The notes below the pieces were generated by a model. That model saw nothing but the letters and a program-made list of their open reading frames with translations, was not told the origin of the DNA and searched no databases. A DNA stretch of 64,000 nucleotides, from positions 192,001 through 256,000 of the forward strand of contig JBPOGH010000002.1 of the NCBI GenBank assembly GCA_051252135.1, in the 5' to 3' direction. Positions 19,777 to 29,578 of the stretch are shown one piece after another (the first letter of the stretch is position 1; the number at the start of each line of letters is the position of its first letter). The position numbers and the translations under genes were made by a program. The stretch is from Verrucomicrobiaceae bacterium (GTDB lineage Bacteria > Verrucomicrobiota > Verrucomicrobiia > Verrucomicrobiales > Akkermansiaceae).

Positions 19777-20862
19777 GTGAAAACACATCCTGAAATTCTG
19801 ATTGTGGGTGCCGGCCCGACCGGTCTGTCGGCGGCGGTGGAGCTTGCGAGGCATGGGGTGATTCCGGATATCGTGGAGCGGCGGGTGACGCCATCGACGC
19901 TCTCACGGGCGGTGGGGATTCTGCCTGAGACATTGGCGAAGCTCGACCATGGGGGAATCGCGGGGGCGATTCGGGGGGAGGCGATGAACTTCAGAAAGAT
20001 TCGAATTTTTCGGGGTGAGAGGCTCCTTTTGGAGTTGGATTTCTCTGCTCCCGAGTATGACGGGAAGGTCATTTGCGGATTGCCCCAGAATCGGACCGAG
20101 GAGATCCTCAGAGAGGGTTTGGAGCGCTATGGTGGGACGGTGGAGTTTGGGAAAGAGATCGTCTTCATCGCGCAACACGGGGAGCGGGTGGGGGTGAGGT
20201 TTTCGGATGGAGAAGAGCGAACCTACGATTGGGTCATCGCGGCCGATGGGGTGGGGTCGACGATCCGGAAGGGTTTGGGAATTGGCTTTCCGGGAATCGA
20301 TCTGGAAGGAGAGTGGTCGATCGCGGATGTTGACGTGGAGGATTATGATCCATCGTGTTTTACGGCCTGGATTCAGTCGAAGGCGGGGGAGTTTGTCCTC
20401 GTGCTTCCGATTGAGCGGAATCGGGTGCGAATCGCCTCCTCGACATCGGATGCCATCGCCGCAATCCCCGCGCCACTGAAGATTACGAAGGTACGAAGGG
20501 AGGGGAGGTTCAAGATCGCGGTGCGGCAGGCCGAAAGCTATCGGAAGGGTCGAGTTCTTTTGGCCGGTGATGCGGCGCATTGTCATTCGCCTGTTGGTGG
20601 GCGTGGGATGAATCTGGGGATCGATGATGCGATGGCGGCGGCCAACGCGATTTTGGATGGCACCACTGATCGTTATTCGGAAGAACGCCGCGCCATCGGG
20701 CGGCATGTTCTCAGGACTTCCGAACAGGGTCGGCGGCTTTTCTGCACCAGCAACCCCCTGATTACGGCCGGAACCACAATATTCATGAGGTTGGCCCAAC
20801 GAATTCCGGGCTTACACGGCTCCATTTTGAAGAGGCTGACCTCCCTCCGTGGCCCCAAATAA
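19777..20862 (+). CDS. FAD-dependent monooxygenase (aromatic-ring hydroxylase family)
   Basis: GAGPTG, IAADG, LAGDAAH.HSP.GG.GMN.G; GTG start approximate. Confidence 0.92.
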   Translation: MKTHPEILIVGAGPTGLSAAVELARHGVIPDIVERRVTPSTLSRAVGILPETLAKLDHGGIAGAIRGEAMNFRKIRIFRGERLLLELDFSAPEYDGKVICGLPQNRTEEILREGLERYGGTVEFGKEIVFIAQHGERVGVRFSDGEERTYDWVIAADGVGSTIRKGLGIGFPGIDLEGEWSIADVDVEDYDPSCFTAWIQSKAGEFVLVLPIERNRVRIASSTSDAIAAIPAPLKITKVRREGRFKIAVRQAESYRKGRVLLAGDAAHCHSPVGGRGMNLGIDDAMAAANAILDGTTDRYSEERRAIGRHVLRTSEQGRRLFCTSNPLITAGTTIFMRLAQRIPGLHGSILKRLTSLRGPK

Positions 20863-20928
20863 ATATCCCTTCCGCTGCGAAATGTTTTTGACAATTGACT
20901 CAAAATACTGATTTTGCGCCCCTCACGA

Positions 20929-22152
20929 ATGTCTAAGAAGTGCACGGTTATTATTGGAGCCGGCGGCGTAGGAAACGTCGTTGCCCAAAAGTGTGCCCAG
21001 GATGCCGGGACCTTCGGTGAGCTCTGGCTTGCCAGTCGGACCAAGTCCAAGTGCGATGCCATTGCGGCGGATATTCTTGCTGCGACGGGTGTCGTGGTGA
21101 AGACGGCGCAGGTCGATGCCGACAATGTTGCGGAAACGGCAGCCTTTTTGAAAGAGGTGGGAGCGGACTTTCTGCTCAACATCGCGCTGCCCTACCAGGA
21201 CCTGACCTTGATGGACGCCTGTCTTGAGGCCGGAGTCCATTATCTTGATACCGCGAATTACGAGCCACTCGATAATCCGCACTTCGAATACAAGTGGCAG
21301 TGGGCGTATCAGGATCGTTTCAAGGAAGCCGGACTGACGGCGATTTTGGGATCGGGGTTCGATCCGGGGGTGACCAATGTTTACTGCGCCTACGCGCTGA
21401 AGCACTTTTTCAGCGAGATCAAGACCGTGGATATCATCGATGCGAACGCGGGTGATCACGGGCTTCCGTTTGCGACCAATTTCAATCCCGAGATTAATAT
21501 CCGGGAGATCACCGCCCCTGGTCTTTACTGGGAAAACGGTGAGTGGATCAAAACCGAGCCGCTTGAGATTTCGACCGAGTTCGCCTTTCCCCACGAGGAG
21601 ATTGGCACCCGCAAGATTTACCTTCTCCACCATGAGGAGATGGAGAGCCTTGCCAAGAACCTCCCCGGGCTGGAGCGCATTCGTTTTTGGATGACGTTTT
21701 CTGACAACTACATCAAGCACCTCACCGTGCTGGAGAACATCGGCATGACTTCCATCGAGCCGATTGAGTTTGAAGGGCAGCAAATCCAGCCTCTCAAGTT
21801 CCTTCAGGCCGTTCTTCCCGATCCGGCTTCATTGGGGCCGCTGACCAAGGGCAAGACGTGCATCGGCTGCCTGATTACGGGCAAGTCGAAGGAGACCGGT
21901 GAACTTGAATCCAAGTTCATTTATAATATTTGCGATCACGAGGAATCTTACGCGGAAGTGAAGAGCCAAGCGATCAGCTACACCGCTGGAGTCCCCGCCA
22001 TGATCGGGGCCCGACAACTCGCCTCCGGAGCATGGCTGCGTCCCGGAGTGTGGAATTTGGAGCAGCTGGATCCTGATCCCTTCATGGACGACCTAAATGC
22101 GTGGGGGCTTCCCTGGCATGTCCTTGAAGTTGATCAAGAATTGAGTCTGTAG
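20929..22152 (+). CDS. Carboxy(nor)spermidine dehydrogenase (saccharopine dehydrogenase family)
   Basis: IIGAGGVG, ALPYQDL, YLDTANYEP, GFDPGVT, FATNFNPEINIRE; adjacent to nspC. Confidence 0.93.
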   Translation: MSKKCTVIIGAGGVGNVVAQKCAQDAGTFGELWLASRTKSKCDAIAADILAATGVVVKTAQVDADNVAETAAFLKEVGADFLLNIALPYQDLTLMDACLEAGVHYLDTANYEPLDNPHFEYKWQWAYQDRFKEAGLTAILGSGFDPGVTNVYCAYALKHFFSEIKTVDIIDANAGDHGLPFATNFNPEINIREITAPGLYWENGEWIKTEPLEISTEFAFPHEEIGTRKIYLLHHEEMESLAKNLPGLERIRFWMTFSDNYIKHLTVLENIGMTSIEPIEFEGQQIQPLKFLQAVLPDPASLGPLTKGKTCIGCLITGKSKETGELESKFIYNICDHEESYAEVKSQAISYTAGVPAMIGARQLASGAWLRPGVWNLEQLDPDPFMDDLNAWGLPWHVLEVDQELSL

Positions 22153-22312
22153 GCGCAGCGCCTGTCTTCGGACAGCCTGTGCCCCTTTTCGAAACAACAA
22201 GACACGGCAGCCCCGTGCTCGCGTCGTGCAACTCTGGCCGCATGGCCATTTTCCACTGCAGAGGTCGACTCTGCTTCTTGTTTCCAAAACAGACCCAACT
22301 TTAAGATCCCAA

Positions 22313-23545
22313 ATGAATCCATCTACCGGCGCCCAGCGCCCCCTTGTCGTGAAAGCTCCCATCCCATCATACCGCAAAGGCGTTACCGCCATTCCGCAAA
22401 TCGCCGAGGCATTTCTTGAAAGCGGAATTGCCACGCCATCCTATGTGCTCGATCAACGTGCCTTCCATTACAACGGAAGCATTCTCAAGCATGTTCAGGA
22501 CGAGACAGGTGCCCAGATCCTTCTTGCCCAGAAGGCCTTCTCCTGCACCGCAATCTACCCGATTCTGCGCAACTACCTCGCCGGAACGACTGCCAGCGGG
22601 CTTTATGAAGCACGGCTTGCGGCAGAGGAATTTGGAGGCGACGTGCACGTGTTTTCTCCTGCCTACAAGCCCGATGAAATGACGGAGTTGGTGAAGATTG
22701 CCGACCACATCGTTTTTAACTCCATCTCCCAGTGGAAGCGCTATCGGGAGCAGGTTCTCTGTGCTGATCGTCAGATCTCGGCCGGACTCCGCATCAATCC
22801 GGAATACTCCGAGGCGTGTGCGGAAATCTATGACCCCTGTGCGCCCGGTTCGCGCTTCGGTGTCTTGGCTTCACTCATGACCGAGGATGATCTGGACGGG
22901 ATCGAGGGCCTTCACTTTCACACTCTTTGTGAGCAAGGGTCGGACGCACTTGAGCGCACGCTTGAGCATGTCGTGGCAAAGTTCGACAAATACCTTCAAA
23001 AGATGAAGTGGCTCAACATGGGTGGCGGCCACCTTATTACTTCGGATCACTACGACGTCCCCCGTCTCATCCGCGTCATCAAGGAGTTGCAGGCCCGCTA
23101 TCCGCACCTCCAGATTTTCCTCGAGCCGGGTGAGGCGATCTCCTCGGGTGGAGGCGTCTTGATCGGGAGTGTCATCGATATTGTTGAAAACGGAATGCAG
23201 ATCGCGGTGCTTGATGTCTCCGCGACCACGCACATGCCTGACGTGCTGGAGATGCCTTACCGCCCTGATGTGGAAGGTTCCGGTCAGCCGGGTGAGAAGA
23301 AGCACACGTATCGCTTTGGAGGCCCGACCTGCCTCAGCGGCGATGTCATTGGTGACTACTCCTTTGATGAGCCTCTTGAGATTGGCGACCAGATTGTCTT
23401 CCACGATATGGCGCACTACACGATGGTGAAGAATTCGACCTTCAACGGAGTGCCTCTTCCGTCCATCTCGATTATGCGTGACGGGGGACCAGTTGAGTTG
23501 GTGCGCAAGTTCGGCTACAAGAACTTCAAGTGCCGTCTAGGCTAA
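22313..23545 (+). CDS. nspC: Carboxy(nor)spermidine decarboxylase
   Basis: LAQKAFS (PLP lysine), GLRINPE, YDPC, GLHFHTLCEQ, NMGGGH, EPGEA, HMPDVLEMPY, HYTMVK; start 22313 or 22349. Confidence 0.95.
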   Translation: MNPSTGAQRPLVVKAPIPSYRKGVTAIPQIAEAFLESGIATPSYVLDQRAFHYNGSILKHVQDETGAQILLAQKAFSCTAIYPILRNYLAGTTASGLYEARLAAEEFGGDVHVFSPAYKPDEMTELVKIADHIVFNSISQWKRYREQVLCADRQISAGLRINPEYSEACAEIYDPCAPGSRFGVLASLMTEDDLDGIEGLHFHTLCEQGSDALERTLEHVVAKFDKYLQKMKWLNMGGGHLITSDHYDVPRLIRVIKELQARYPHLQIFLEPGEAISSGGGVLIGSVIDIVENGMQIAVLDVSATTHMPDVLEMPYRPDVEGSGQPGEKKHTYRFGGPTCLSGDVIGDYSFDEPLEIGDQIVFHDMAHYTMVKNSTFNGVPLPSISIMRDGGPVELVRKFGYKNFKCRLG

Positions 23546-23548
23546 TTG

Positions 23549-24418
23549 ATGATGAACCTTCTCCCTTCAAACTCCGCGCCCTTTATTGGGGCAACTTCCG
23601 ATCAGATTGTTTCCGGTCAGGCTGCCATATTGGGCTGCGGATATGATGGGACGACTTCCTTCCGCCCCGGCACGCGCCGGGGGCCGGACGGTCTTCGGGC
23701 GGTGAGCGATGCGGGGATTGAGACTTATTCGCCGACGCAGGACCGGGATTTGGAAGACATCCGGTTTTCCGATCTCGGGAATCTGGATATTCCTTATGGT
23801 GCGCCGGAGCCGGTGGTGGAGTTGCTGTATCAGGCGACGCGGGAGATTTTTGAAGGGGGGGCGATTCCGGCGATCATCGGCGGGGAGCATTCGATTTCTC
23901 CGGGCCCGATCAGGGCGGCTTTTGAGGCTTATCCGGATTTGGTGGTGATTCAGTTTGATGCCCACGCCGATCTCCGTGAGGAGTGGAACGGGACATCGAA
24001 CTCGCATGCGTGTGCAATGCGGCGGGTGCTCGATTTTTTGCCATCTGAGCGGCTTTTGCAGCTGGGCATTCGATCAGGGACTCGGGAGGAGTTTGTGGAG
24101 ATGAGGAAGGAGAGCCGTCTGGTGGCTCCGGATGCGGATGCGCTGGCGGCGGCTTTGGAAACGAAGGGTCTGTCGGGAGCGCCGATTTATGTGACCTTCG
24201 ATCTCGATATTTTTGATCCCTCGTTGGTATGTGGGACAGGGACTCCGGAGCCGGGTGGGATCAGCTGGCAGACCTTTGAGGAGATTCGGGAGGTTCTCGA
24301 GGGGGAAACGATCATCGGCTTCGACATCGTCGAGCTCGCGCCGACCCTGGATCCGGGAGAGACCTCTTCGGTGGTGGCGGCCAAGCTGATGAGGGAGTTC
24401 CTCCTCATGCTTGGCTGA
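23549..24418 (+). CDS. speB: Agmatinase (ureohydrolase)
   Basis: GGEHS, FDAHADL, SHA, DLDIFDP, GTGTPEPGG; polyamine operon context. Confidence 0.93.
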   Translation: MMNLLPSNSAPFIGATSDQIVSGQAAILGCGYDGTTSFRPGTRRGPDGLRAVSDAGIETYSPTQDRDLEDIRFSDLGNLDIPYGAPEPVVELLYQATREIFEGGAIPAIIGGEHSISPGPIRAAFEAYPDLVVIQFDAHADLREEWNGTSNSHACAMRRVLDFLPSERLLQLGIRSGTREEFVEMRKESRLVAPDADALAAALETKGLSGAPIYVTFDLDIFDPSLVCGTGTPEPGGISWQTFEEIREVLEGETIIGFDIVELAPTLDPGETSSVVAAKLMREFLLMLG

Positions 24419-24424
24419 TCCTTT

Positions 24425-26305
24425 TTAGCCTCCGGTTTTTGGGCCGCGGGGCTTTTTGGGCTTCTCGGCTTGCTGGCCTCCCTGAGCGCCGGCCTTTTTA
24501 CGGGCCTTCTGGGTTTTCTGAGCCTCTTCAGCACGCTCGGCGAGCTTTTGCATCATCGACTTCTTGGCGGGCTTGTTGGACTCCTTGAGTTCGGCCTCGG
24601 GCATTTTCTGCATGAGCCAGGTCTGGCCGATGGAGAAGATGTTTTGGGTGGTCCAGTAGAGGGCGAGGGCGGAGGCGAAGTTGTAGCAGAAGAAGAAGAA
24701 GATGATCGGCATGAACATCATGATGCGCTGCTGCATTTTGTCGCCGGTTTTGGGCGTCATTTTCATCTGCAGGATCATGGTGATGGCCATGAGGACCGGA
24801 AGGATGTTGAGAGGGAGCTGGGTGCCGAGGAAGGGAAGGGAGAAGGGGAGGTCGAGGACGGCGACGGTATCGGGCTGGGAGAGGTCTTTCACCCAACCGA
24901 GGAAGGGTTGGTTCCGGAGTTCCACGGCGTATTGGAGCATGGTGAAAAAGCCGAAGAAGATGGGGATTTGAGCCAGCATGGGGAGGCATCCGCCCATGGG
25001 ATTGACCCCGTAGGTGCGGTAGAGCTTCATCATTTCCTGATTCATCTTGTTGGGATCATCAGGGTATTTTTCCTTCAGCTCGGCCATTTTGGGCTGGAGC
25101 TTGGACATCCGCTTCATGGTGCGGGTGGACTTGGCGTGCAGCGGCCACATGAGCGAGCGGATGAGGATGGTAAGCGCCATGATGGCCCATCCCCAGGACC
25201 AGGGATTGTTCTCGCCGCCGAAGAGGTTGGAGAACTTGTTAAGAATCCAGTTGAGCGGGCAACTGATCCATCCGAACCAGCCGTAGTTCATGACTTTGTC
25301 TTTTTCGCCCTCGAGGCTGCGAATCAGGAAGTTATTTTTGGGCCCCATGAAGATGTCGAAGACGAGGGTCTTGCTGGCTTTGGGGGCGAGGTTTTCGTCG
25401 GGGAGACTGATGGAGGTGGTGAGGAGGTTGGCGCTTTCGCCGCCGCGATCAGCAGGGAGGTCGATGACTGTTGGTTGGGCCCGGAAGGTGGAGCGGTAGG
25501 TGTCGGCAGGGTCGACAATGGTGGCGAAGAATTGGTTTTCCACGCCGGCGTAATCGATGCCCTCGGCCAGTTCTTCGCTGAAGGAAAGCTTCTCACTGGA
25601 GAAGAATCCTCCCTTGAAGTAGTTCTGATCCTTGCGGTTGTAGTCGCCCTCCTCTTGCCAGAAGAAGTTGAGGTAATTGGGGCGTTCGCCTTTGTGGAGG
25701 GGGGCGGAGGAGCCGGTGACCAGATTGATCGATCCAAGGGAGGTGGGGACCTCCGTGGTGTTGTAAAGGTCGAGGGTGAGCTTGATCCGGTAATCTGCTC
25801 CGCCACCGTCGTTCACCTTGGTCCAGGTTTTCTTTACTCCGAGGCCGTTGGTGAGGGTTCCGATGTAGACGATTGAGTCGGCGTCCTGGGATTGGATTTT
25901 ATAGAAGGGAACATCGAGAGTGTCGCCGGATCCGGAGACGAGGGCGCCAATTCGGCTCCTGCCCAGGTCGTTGATGCGGATCTTTTGGTTCAAGTCTTTG
26001 ACGGTAAGTTCGTCTTTGATGGTGGCTTCCTTGATGCCGCCTTCGAGGGAGGAGAGTTCGAAGATGTTGGTCCCGGTTTCGATTTTGTGGGTGGCGTCGC
26101 TTCCGATCGGTTCGCGTTTGACTTCCAGCGATGGGGTTTCGGCGGGAGCGGCGGCCACCGGTGGGTCGACGGCATCGGGGGTTTGCGTGGCGGCTTCTGC
26201 GGCTTCGGCAGCGCGTTGAGCAGCGTTATTCTGACTCTGCAGATGAATGTTGAAGGCCAACAGTATGCTGCAGGTGATGAGGACGATCCAGGCTTTGCGA
26301 TCCAT
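24425..26305 (-). CDS. yidC: Membrane protein insertase YidC
   Basis: WGWAI..LT..IR, NPMGGCLP...QIPIFF, AL.LYW..QN; conserved operon context. Confidence 0.97.
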   Translation of the reverse strand: MDRKAWIVLITCSILLAFNIHLQSQNNAAQRAAEAAEAATQTPDAVDPPVAAAPAETPSLEVKREPIGSDATHKIETGTNIFELSSLEGGIKEATIKDELTVKDLNQKIRINDLGRSRIGALVSGSGDTLDVPFYKIQSQDADSIVYIGTLTNGLGVKKTWTKVNDGGGADYRIKLTLDLYNTTEVPTSLGSINLVTGSSAPLHKGERPNYLNFFWQEEGDYNRKDQNYFKGGFFSSEKLSFSEELAEGIDYAGVENQFFATIVDPADTYRSTFRAQPTVIDLPADRGGESANLLTTSISLPDENLAPKASKTLVFDIFMGPKNNFLIRSLEGEKDKVMNYGWFGWISCPLNWILNKFSNLFGGENNPWSWGWAIMALTILIRSLMWPLHAKSTRTMKRMSKLQPKMAELKEKYPDDPNKMNQEMMKLYRTYGVNPMGGCLPMLAQIPIFFGFFTMLQYAVELRNQPFLGWVKDLSQPDTVAVLDLPFSLPFLGTQLPLNILPVLMAITMILQMKMTPKTGDKMQQRIMMFMPIIFFFFCYNFASALALYWTTQNIFSIGQTWLMQKMPEAELKESNKPAKKSMMQKLAERAEEAQKTQKARKKAGAQGGQQAEKPKKPRGPKTGG

Positions 26306-26328
26306 AAGTTTAAAGAGATTGAAAGAGG

Positions 26329-26583
26329 TCAGCGTTGATTCTTGGAAGGGGATTCCGGTGGGACGGGGTCATAACCGGACCCGCCCCAGGGATGACAGCG
26401 CAAAATCCGGCGAATACCGAGCCAGCTGCCTTTGAGTGATCCGTGGGTTTCCACGGCTTCCAGAAAATAGTGTGAGCAGGTGGGCTCGTAGCGGCATCCT
26501 GCGGAGGGGCCGCCGAGTGCCTTGAGGAAAGGCCGAAGCGCGACCTGATAGGTGCGGATGCCGAGGCGGATGAGGGTTTTCAT
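26329..26583 (-). CDS. yidD: Membrane protein insertion efficiency factor YidD
   Basis: [17 protein letters not shown]...GYDPVP. Confidence 0.95.
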   Translation of the reverse strand: MKTLIRLGIRTYQVALRPFLKALGGPSAGCRYEPTCSHYFLEAVETHGSLKGSWLGIRRILRCHPWGGSGYDPVPPESPSKNQR

Positions 26584-26936
26584 GGCTCATCGATCCAGAG
26601 GTTGAGCCGCTTGGCTGTTTTGATCCAGTCGCGCTCGAGGTCTTGAAAGGTGGCATCTGCGGCGCGGTATCGGGCGATGGTGACGACCATGTGTCCCGGA
26701 GCGAGGTGATGACCCCACTTGCGAATGATTTCGCGGAAGCGGCGACGGAGAAGGTTACGAATGACGGCCTTCCTTGACGCTTTCTTTGAGGTGATGAGGC
26801 CGAATTTATGATCATCGAGGGTTTCGAGCTTGAGGGCCCCAATGACCAGATAGCGCCCGGCGGCGGAGTGTCCTCCTTCGCGAACGGACTGGAATTCACT
26901 CCAGTCCCTCATGCGCCGCTGACGGGTCAGTCTCAT
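26580..26936 (-). CDS. rnpA: Ribonuclease P protein component
   Basis: GLITSKK...AVIRN..RRRFRE; lies between rpmH and yidD. Confidence 0.93.
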   Translation of the reverse strand: MRLTRQRRMRDWSEFQSVREGGHSAAGRYLVIGALKLETLDDHKFGLITSKKASRKAVIRNLLRRRFREIIRKWGHHLAPGHMVVTIARYRAADATFQDLERDWIKTAKRLNLWIDEP

Positions 26937-26993
26937 ATGACCGCGACGTTCTCCAGTTCATCAAAAAGAGCCACCCGCAGGCGGCTCTTCGAT

Positions 26994-27179
26994 TTACTTG
27001 GTGTTGTTTTGCACCGTGTGGCGCTTGAAGTGAATCTCGGCGCCCTTTGGAAGGAGACGCTTGCGACCCTTGCGGCGGCGATTCTTGAGGATTCCGCGAC
27101 CGGCCTTATCGGCCATACGTGCACGGAAACCATGCTGGCGCTTGCGGACTCGCTTGGACGGCTGGTAAGTTCTTTTCAT
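26994..27179 (-). CDS. rpmH: 50S ribosomal protein L34 with C-terminal extension
   Basis: MKRTYQPS...[11 protein letters not shown]...[11 protein letters not shown]. Confidence 0.97.
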   Translation of the reverse strand: MKRTYQPSKRVRKRQHGFRARMADKAGRGILKNRRRKGRKRLLPKGAEIHFKRHTVQNNTK

Positions 27180-27235
27180 GGCGTTTGGTCGGAAGAAAGT
27201 TGGTTAAAAAGTCACCGTTCGGGTGAGGGGCGCGA

Positions 27236-27263
27236 AGACTAGCCGTTGCGTCACCCTTGTCAA
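27236..27263 (-). promoter_or_regulatory. Sigma70-type promoter of the rpmH operon
   Basis: TTGACA-16 nt-TAGTCT followed by GC-rich discriminator TCGCGCCCC. Confidence 0.65.
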
Positions 27264-27320
27264 CTCATCGTGGATTTTTTTGAGAAAATCCTTTGGAAGG
27301 CCTGCAGTCAGGAGCAGGGA

Positions 27321-28220
27321 TTAGGCTCTGCGACGGCGAGCGAGAAGGCCAAGACCGAGAAGCAGGGAAGCGGCGGTGCTGGGCTCGGGAACCGGGCAGC
27401 AACCCAGAATGGCGAAATCGCCGAGGACGGGGTCTCCGCCTACTCCGCTGATGCTAACGCGGTATTCCAGATTCGTTCCGGCAGTGTAGGTGTTGCCGTC
27501 GGAGATGTAGTAGTAGCCGATTTGGATGGGATTGCCGGTGGAGGCATCCGTCGCACTTCCCACTTTATTTGGCGAAGAGCTTGCTCCGGTCCCGAGGGTG
27601 GCCCAAGAACCACCGTTTTGGCGGACGTAGACGTTGAAGGGACCGGCACCGGTGTTAGTATAATCGATCTGTTCGAAGTAGACGCCATCGACGAGTTGGC
27701 TGTCGTTGACCGTCATGCTCAAGGTGAAGTCATAGCTACCATCGACCGGGGAGGCCCAGCAGGTGTAGCGATCGGCGGTAGGCTCATCGAGGCTGGCGGG
27801 GATGGTGCCGGTTGCGATACCGGTGTTGGTGTCCCAAAAGAGACGGGAGCTGCCACCCCAGGTTTCCTGGGTATTGCTGGTGTTAGAGACGCAATCGGCC
27901 TGATAGGTGATGCCGGAGTAGGTTCCGGCATTGAAGCCAGTGCTTGATTGCAAGCGCATGGAAGTCCCCACGAGGACGCCTTTTGCGCCCCAGTCATCGG
28001 AGGCGCTGTTTCCGTTATTGATGGAGAGACCGGGGTCGATCTGACTTCCGGCGGTGTTTTTGGAATACAAGTAGCCCCCGCTGATCGCGGTTCCGATATT
28101 TGAACAGGCTGCTGCTTCCCCCTCGGGTGCTCCACCACCGCCTTCATCAATTTGTGCGGAAAGGGGGGCGGCCGCTGCGAGCAAAATGCCCAGAACGGTA
28201 AAAAATGAAGGGGAATTCAT
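27321..28220 (-). CDS. PEP-CTERM sorting domain protein
   Basis: Signal peptide; Gly/Ser/Thr-rich body; C-terminal PVPEPS-hydrophobic-RRRR. Confidence 0.92.
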   Translation of the reverse strand: MNSPSFFTVLGILLAAAAPLSAQIDEGGGGAPEGEAAACSNIGTAISGGYLYSKNTAGSQIDPGLSINNGNSASDDWGAKGVLVGTSMRLQSSTGFNAGTYSGITYQADCVSNTSNTQETWGGSSRLFWDTNTGIATGTIPASLDEPTADRYTCWASPVDGSYDFTLSMTVNDSQLVDGVYFEQIDYTNTGAGPFNVYVRQNGGSWATLGTGASSSPNKVGSATDASTGNPIQIGYYYISDGNTYTAGTNLEYRVSISGVGGDPVLGDFAILGCCPVPEPSTAASLLLGLGLLARRRRA

Positions 28221-28286
28221 AGGGGAAATTTAGTTAACTTCTCCAAATAATCATGAATCTCGTATAAAGACCAGTAAAAGTTCCCC

Positions 28287-29258
28287 TTAGTTTGGACGTT
28301 CTCCCGGCAGGCGGTGGAAATTCCAGCAGATCCAGTCGGAGAGAATCAAGGCGTCCTTTACCGGATGCCATTGAAGTTTGATGGTGGCTCCCTGCTTGGG
28401 AGCCGAGAGGTTGGCGGGCTCCCAAGGGTGGTCGAGAAGGGTTTTTCCGGCACCATCGGGAATGGCGACGGGATGACGGAGGGATTCGAAACTGGGGTCT
28501 TCAACCCAGAACCAGGGGCCGGGCAGGTCGTATTCCTCGGCCAGGAGTTTGGCGACCTCCGGATGAGCCGGAGAAAGGATGACGCGGAAAGTCTGTTCGT
28601 CGGCGTGTCTTTCGGAGGCGAACTTGCGGAGGAGATCGTCCCGGCTTTGGATGAACATTTCCGCATCCAGGAAGAGGAGGTCCCCTTCCCGGCGAAAAAA
28701 AGCGGTGACCCGACCGCGGGGCGGGATGTTTTCATACGCGACATGGCGGGCGAAGGCGTCCCAGGCTGCGGGGCTTTTGAGGCCCAATTCCACTTCGCGG
28801 TCCACGATGGGGCGTTGGAGATAGATGAGGCCGGAGTAGCCGGGGCGTTCGTAAATCAGGCCGAAGAGACCCTCTTTGCGCATGGCGAGGGGAAGGGGGG
28901 CGGGGCCGAAGAGGTCGGCTGAGAGCGGCTCATTGCCGGGGCCGCTCTTTCGAAGAAGTTCTATCATTTCATCAGCTGCCAGCACGTAGGGGGCTTGTTC
29001 TTCGGGAGATTCCGCTTTGAGGAAGGCGGCCAGGGTTTCATAGGCGACCTTTTGCCATCCTTTGACGGCAAAGGGATCTTCGGGTTGTCGGGCGTTGCGA
29101 TCATGGGAAGGATCGTTCCCGGTGATCAGGGAAATGATACCAACCAGGGTGAGGACAGCCAATCCACCGATGATGACTCGGGAGGCTATTTTGTTTCCCT
29201 CTTTTGAAGAGCGTGGTGCATTCCATTCGGATTCGGAGGGGGAATCATCGGGAACCAT
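28287..29258 (-). CDS. Hypothetical single-TM protein
   Basis: 323-aa ORF with N-terminal TM helix; no recognised motif. Confidence 0.7.
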   Translation of the reverse strand: MVPDDSPSESEWNAPRSSKEGNKIASRVIIGGLAVLTLVGIISLITGNDPSHDRNARQPEDPFAVKGWQKVAYETLAAFLKAESPEEQAPYVLAADEMIELLRKSGPGNEPLSADLFGPAPLPLAMRKEGLFGLIYERPGYSGLIYLQRPIVDREVELGLKSPAAWDAFARHVAYENIPPRGRVTAFFRREGDLLFLDAEMFIQSRDDLLRKFASERHADEQTFRVILSPAHPEVAKLLAEEYDLPGPWFWVEDPSFESLRHPVAIPDGAGKTLLDHPWEPANLSAPKQGATIKLQWHPVKDALILSDWICWNFHRLPGERPN

Positions 29259-29353
29259 ATGGGGGAGGGAAGCTTACCGGAGGATGCAGCTCAATCATGA
29301 AGAGAAGAAGATTTAGCCTTTTGGAGAAGCGTGACACAAATTATCTTTGAGAA

Positions 29354-29578
29354 ATGTCACCTCAGGATGGACTTGCGTTGGGTCTTCTCGCGACGCTATT
29401 GGTCGCGTTTTGTTTTTTGATGGGGATTTTTGTTTCCTTGGCGCGCAACGGGAAGCGGAAGTTGAACGAGGTTGATAAGCTGATCGCCGGGATTGATGAA
29501 CATGAGAGACCGGAAGTCGCATCTTTGGGAAAAAAGAGGGCGGGATGGGAGCGGGATGCGGATTGGTGGAAATCTTGA
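29354..29578 (+). CDS. Small hypothetical membrane protein (74 aa)
   Basis: One TM helix, charged tail, Trp-rich end WERDADWWK. Confidence 0.6.
   Translation: MSPQDGLALGLLATLLVAFCFLMGIFVSLARNGKRKLNEVDKLIAGIDEHERPEVASLGKKRAGWERDADWWKS

Noticed and set aside
27180..27320. Possible oriC upstream of rpmH
   Set aside because: No DnaA boxes, no AT-rich unwinding element and no dnaA
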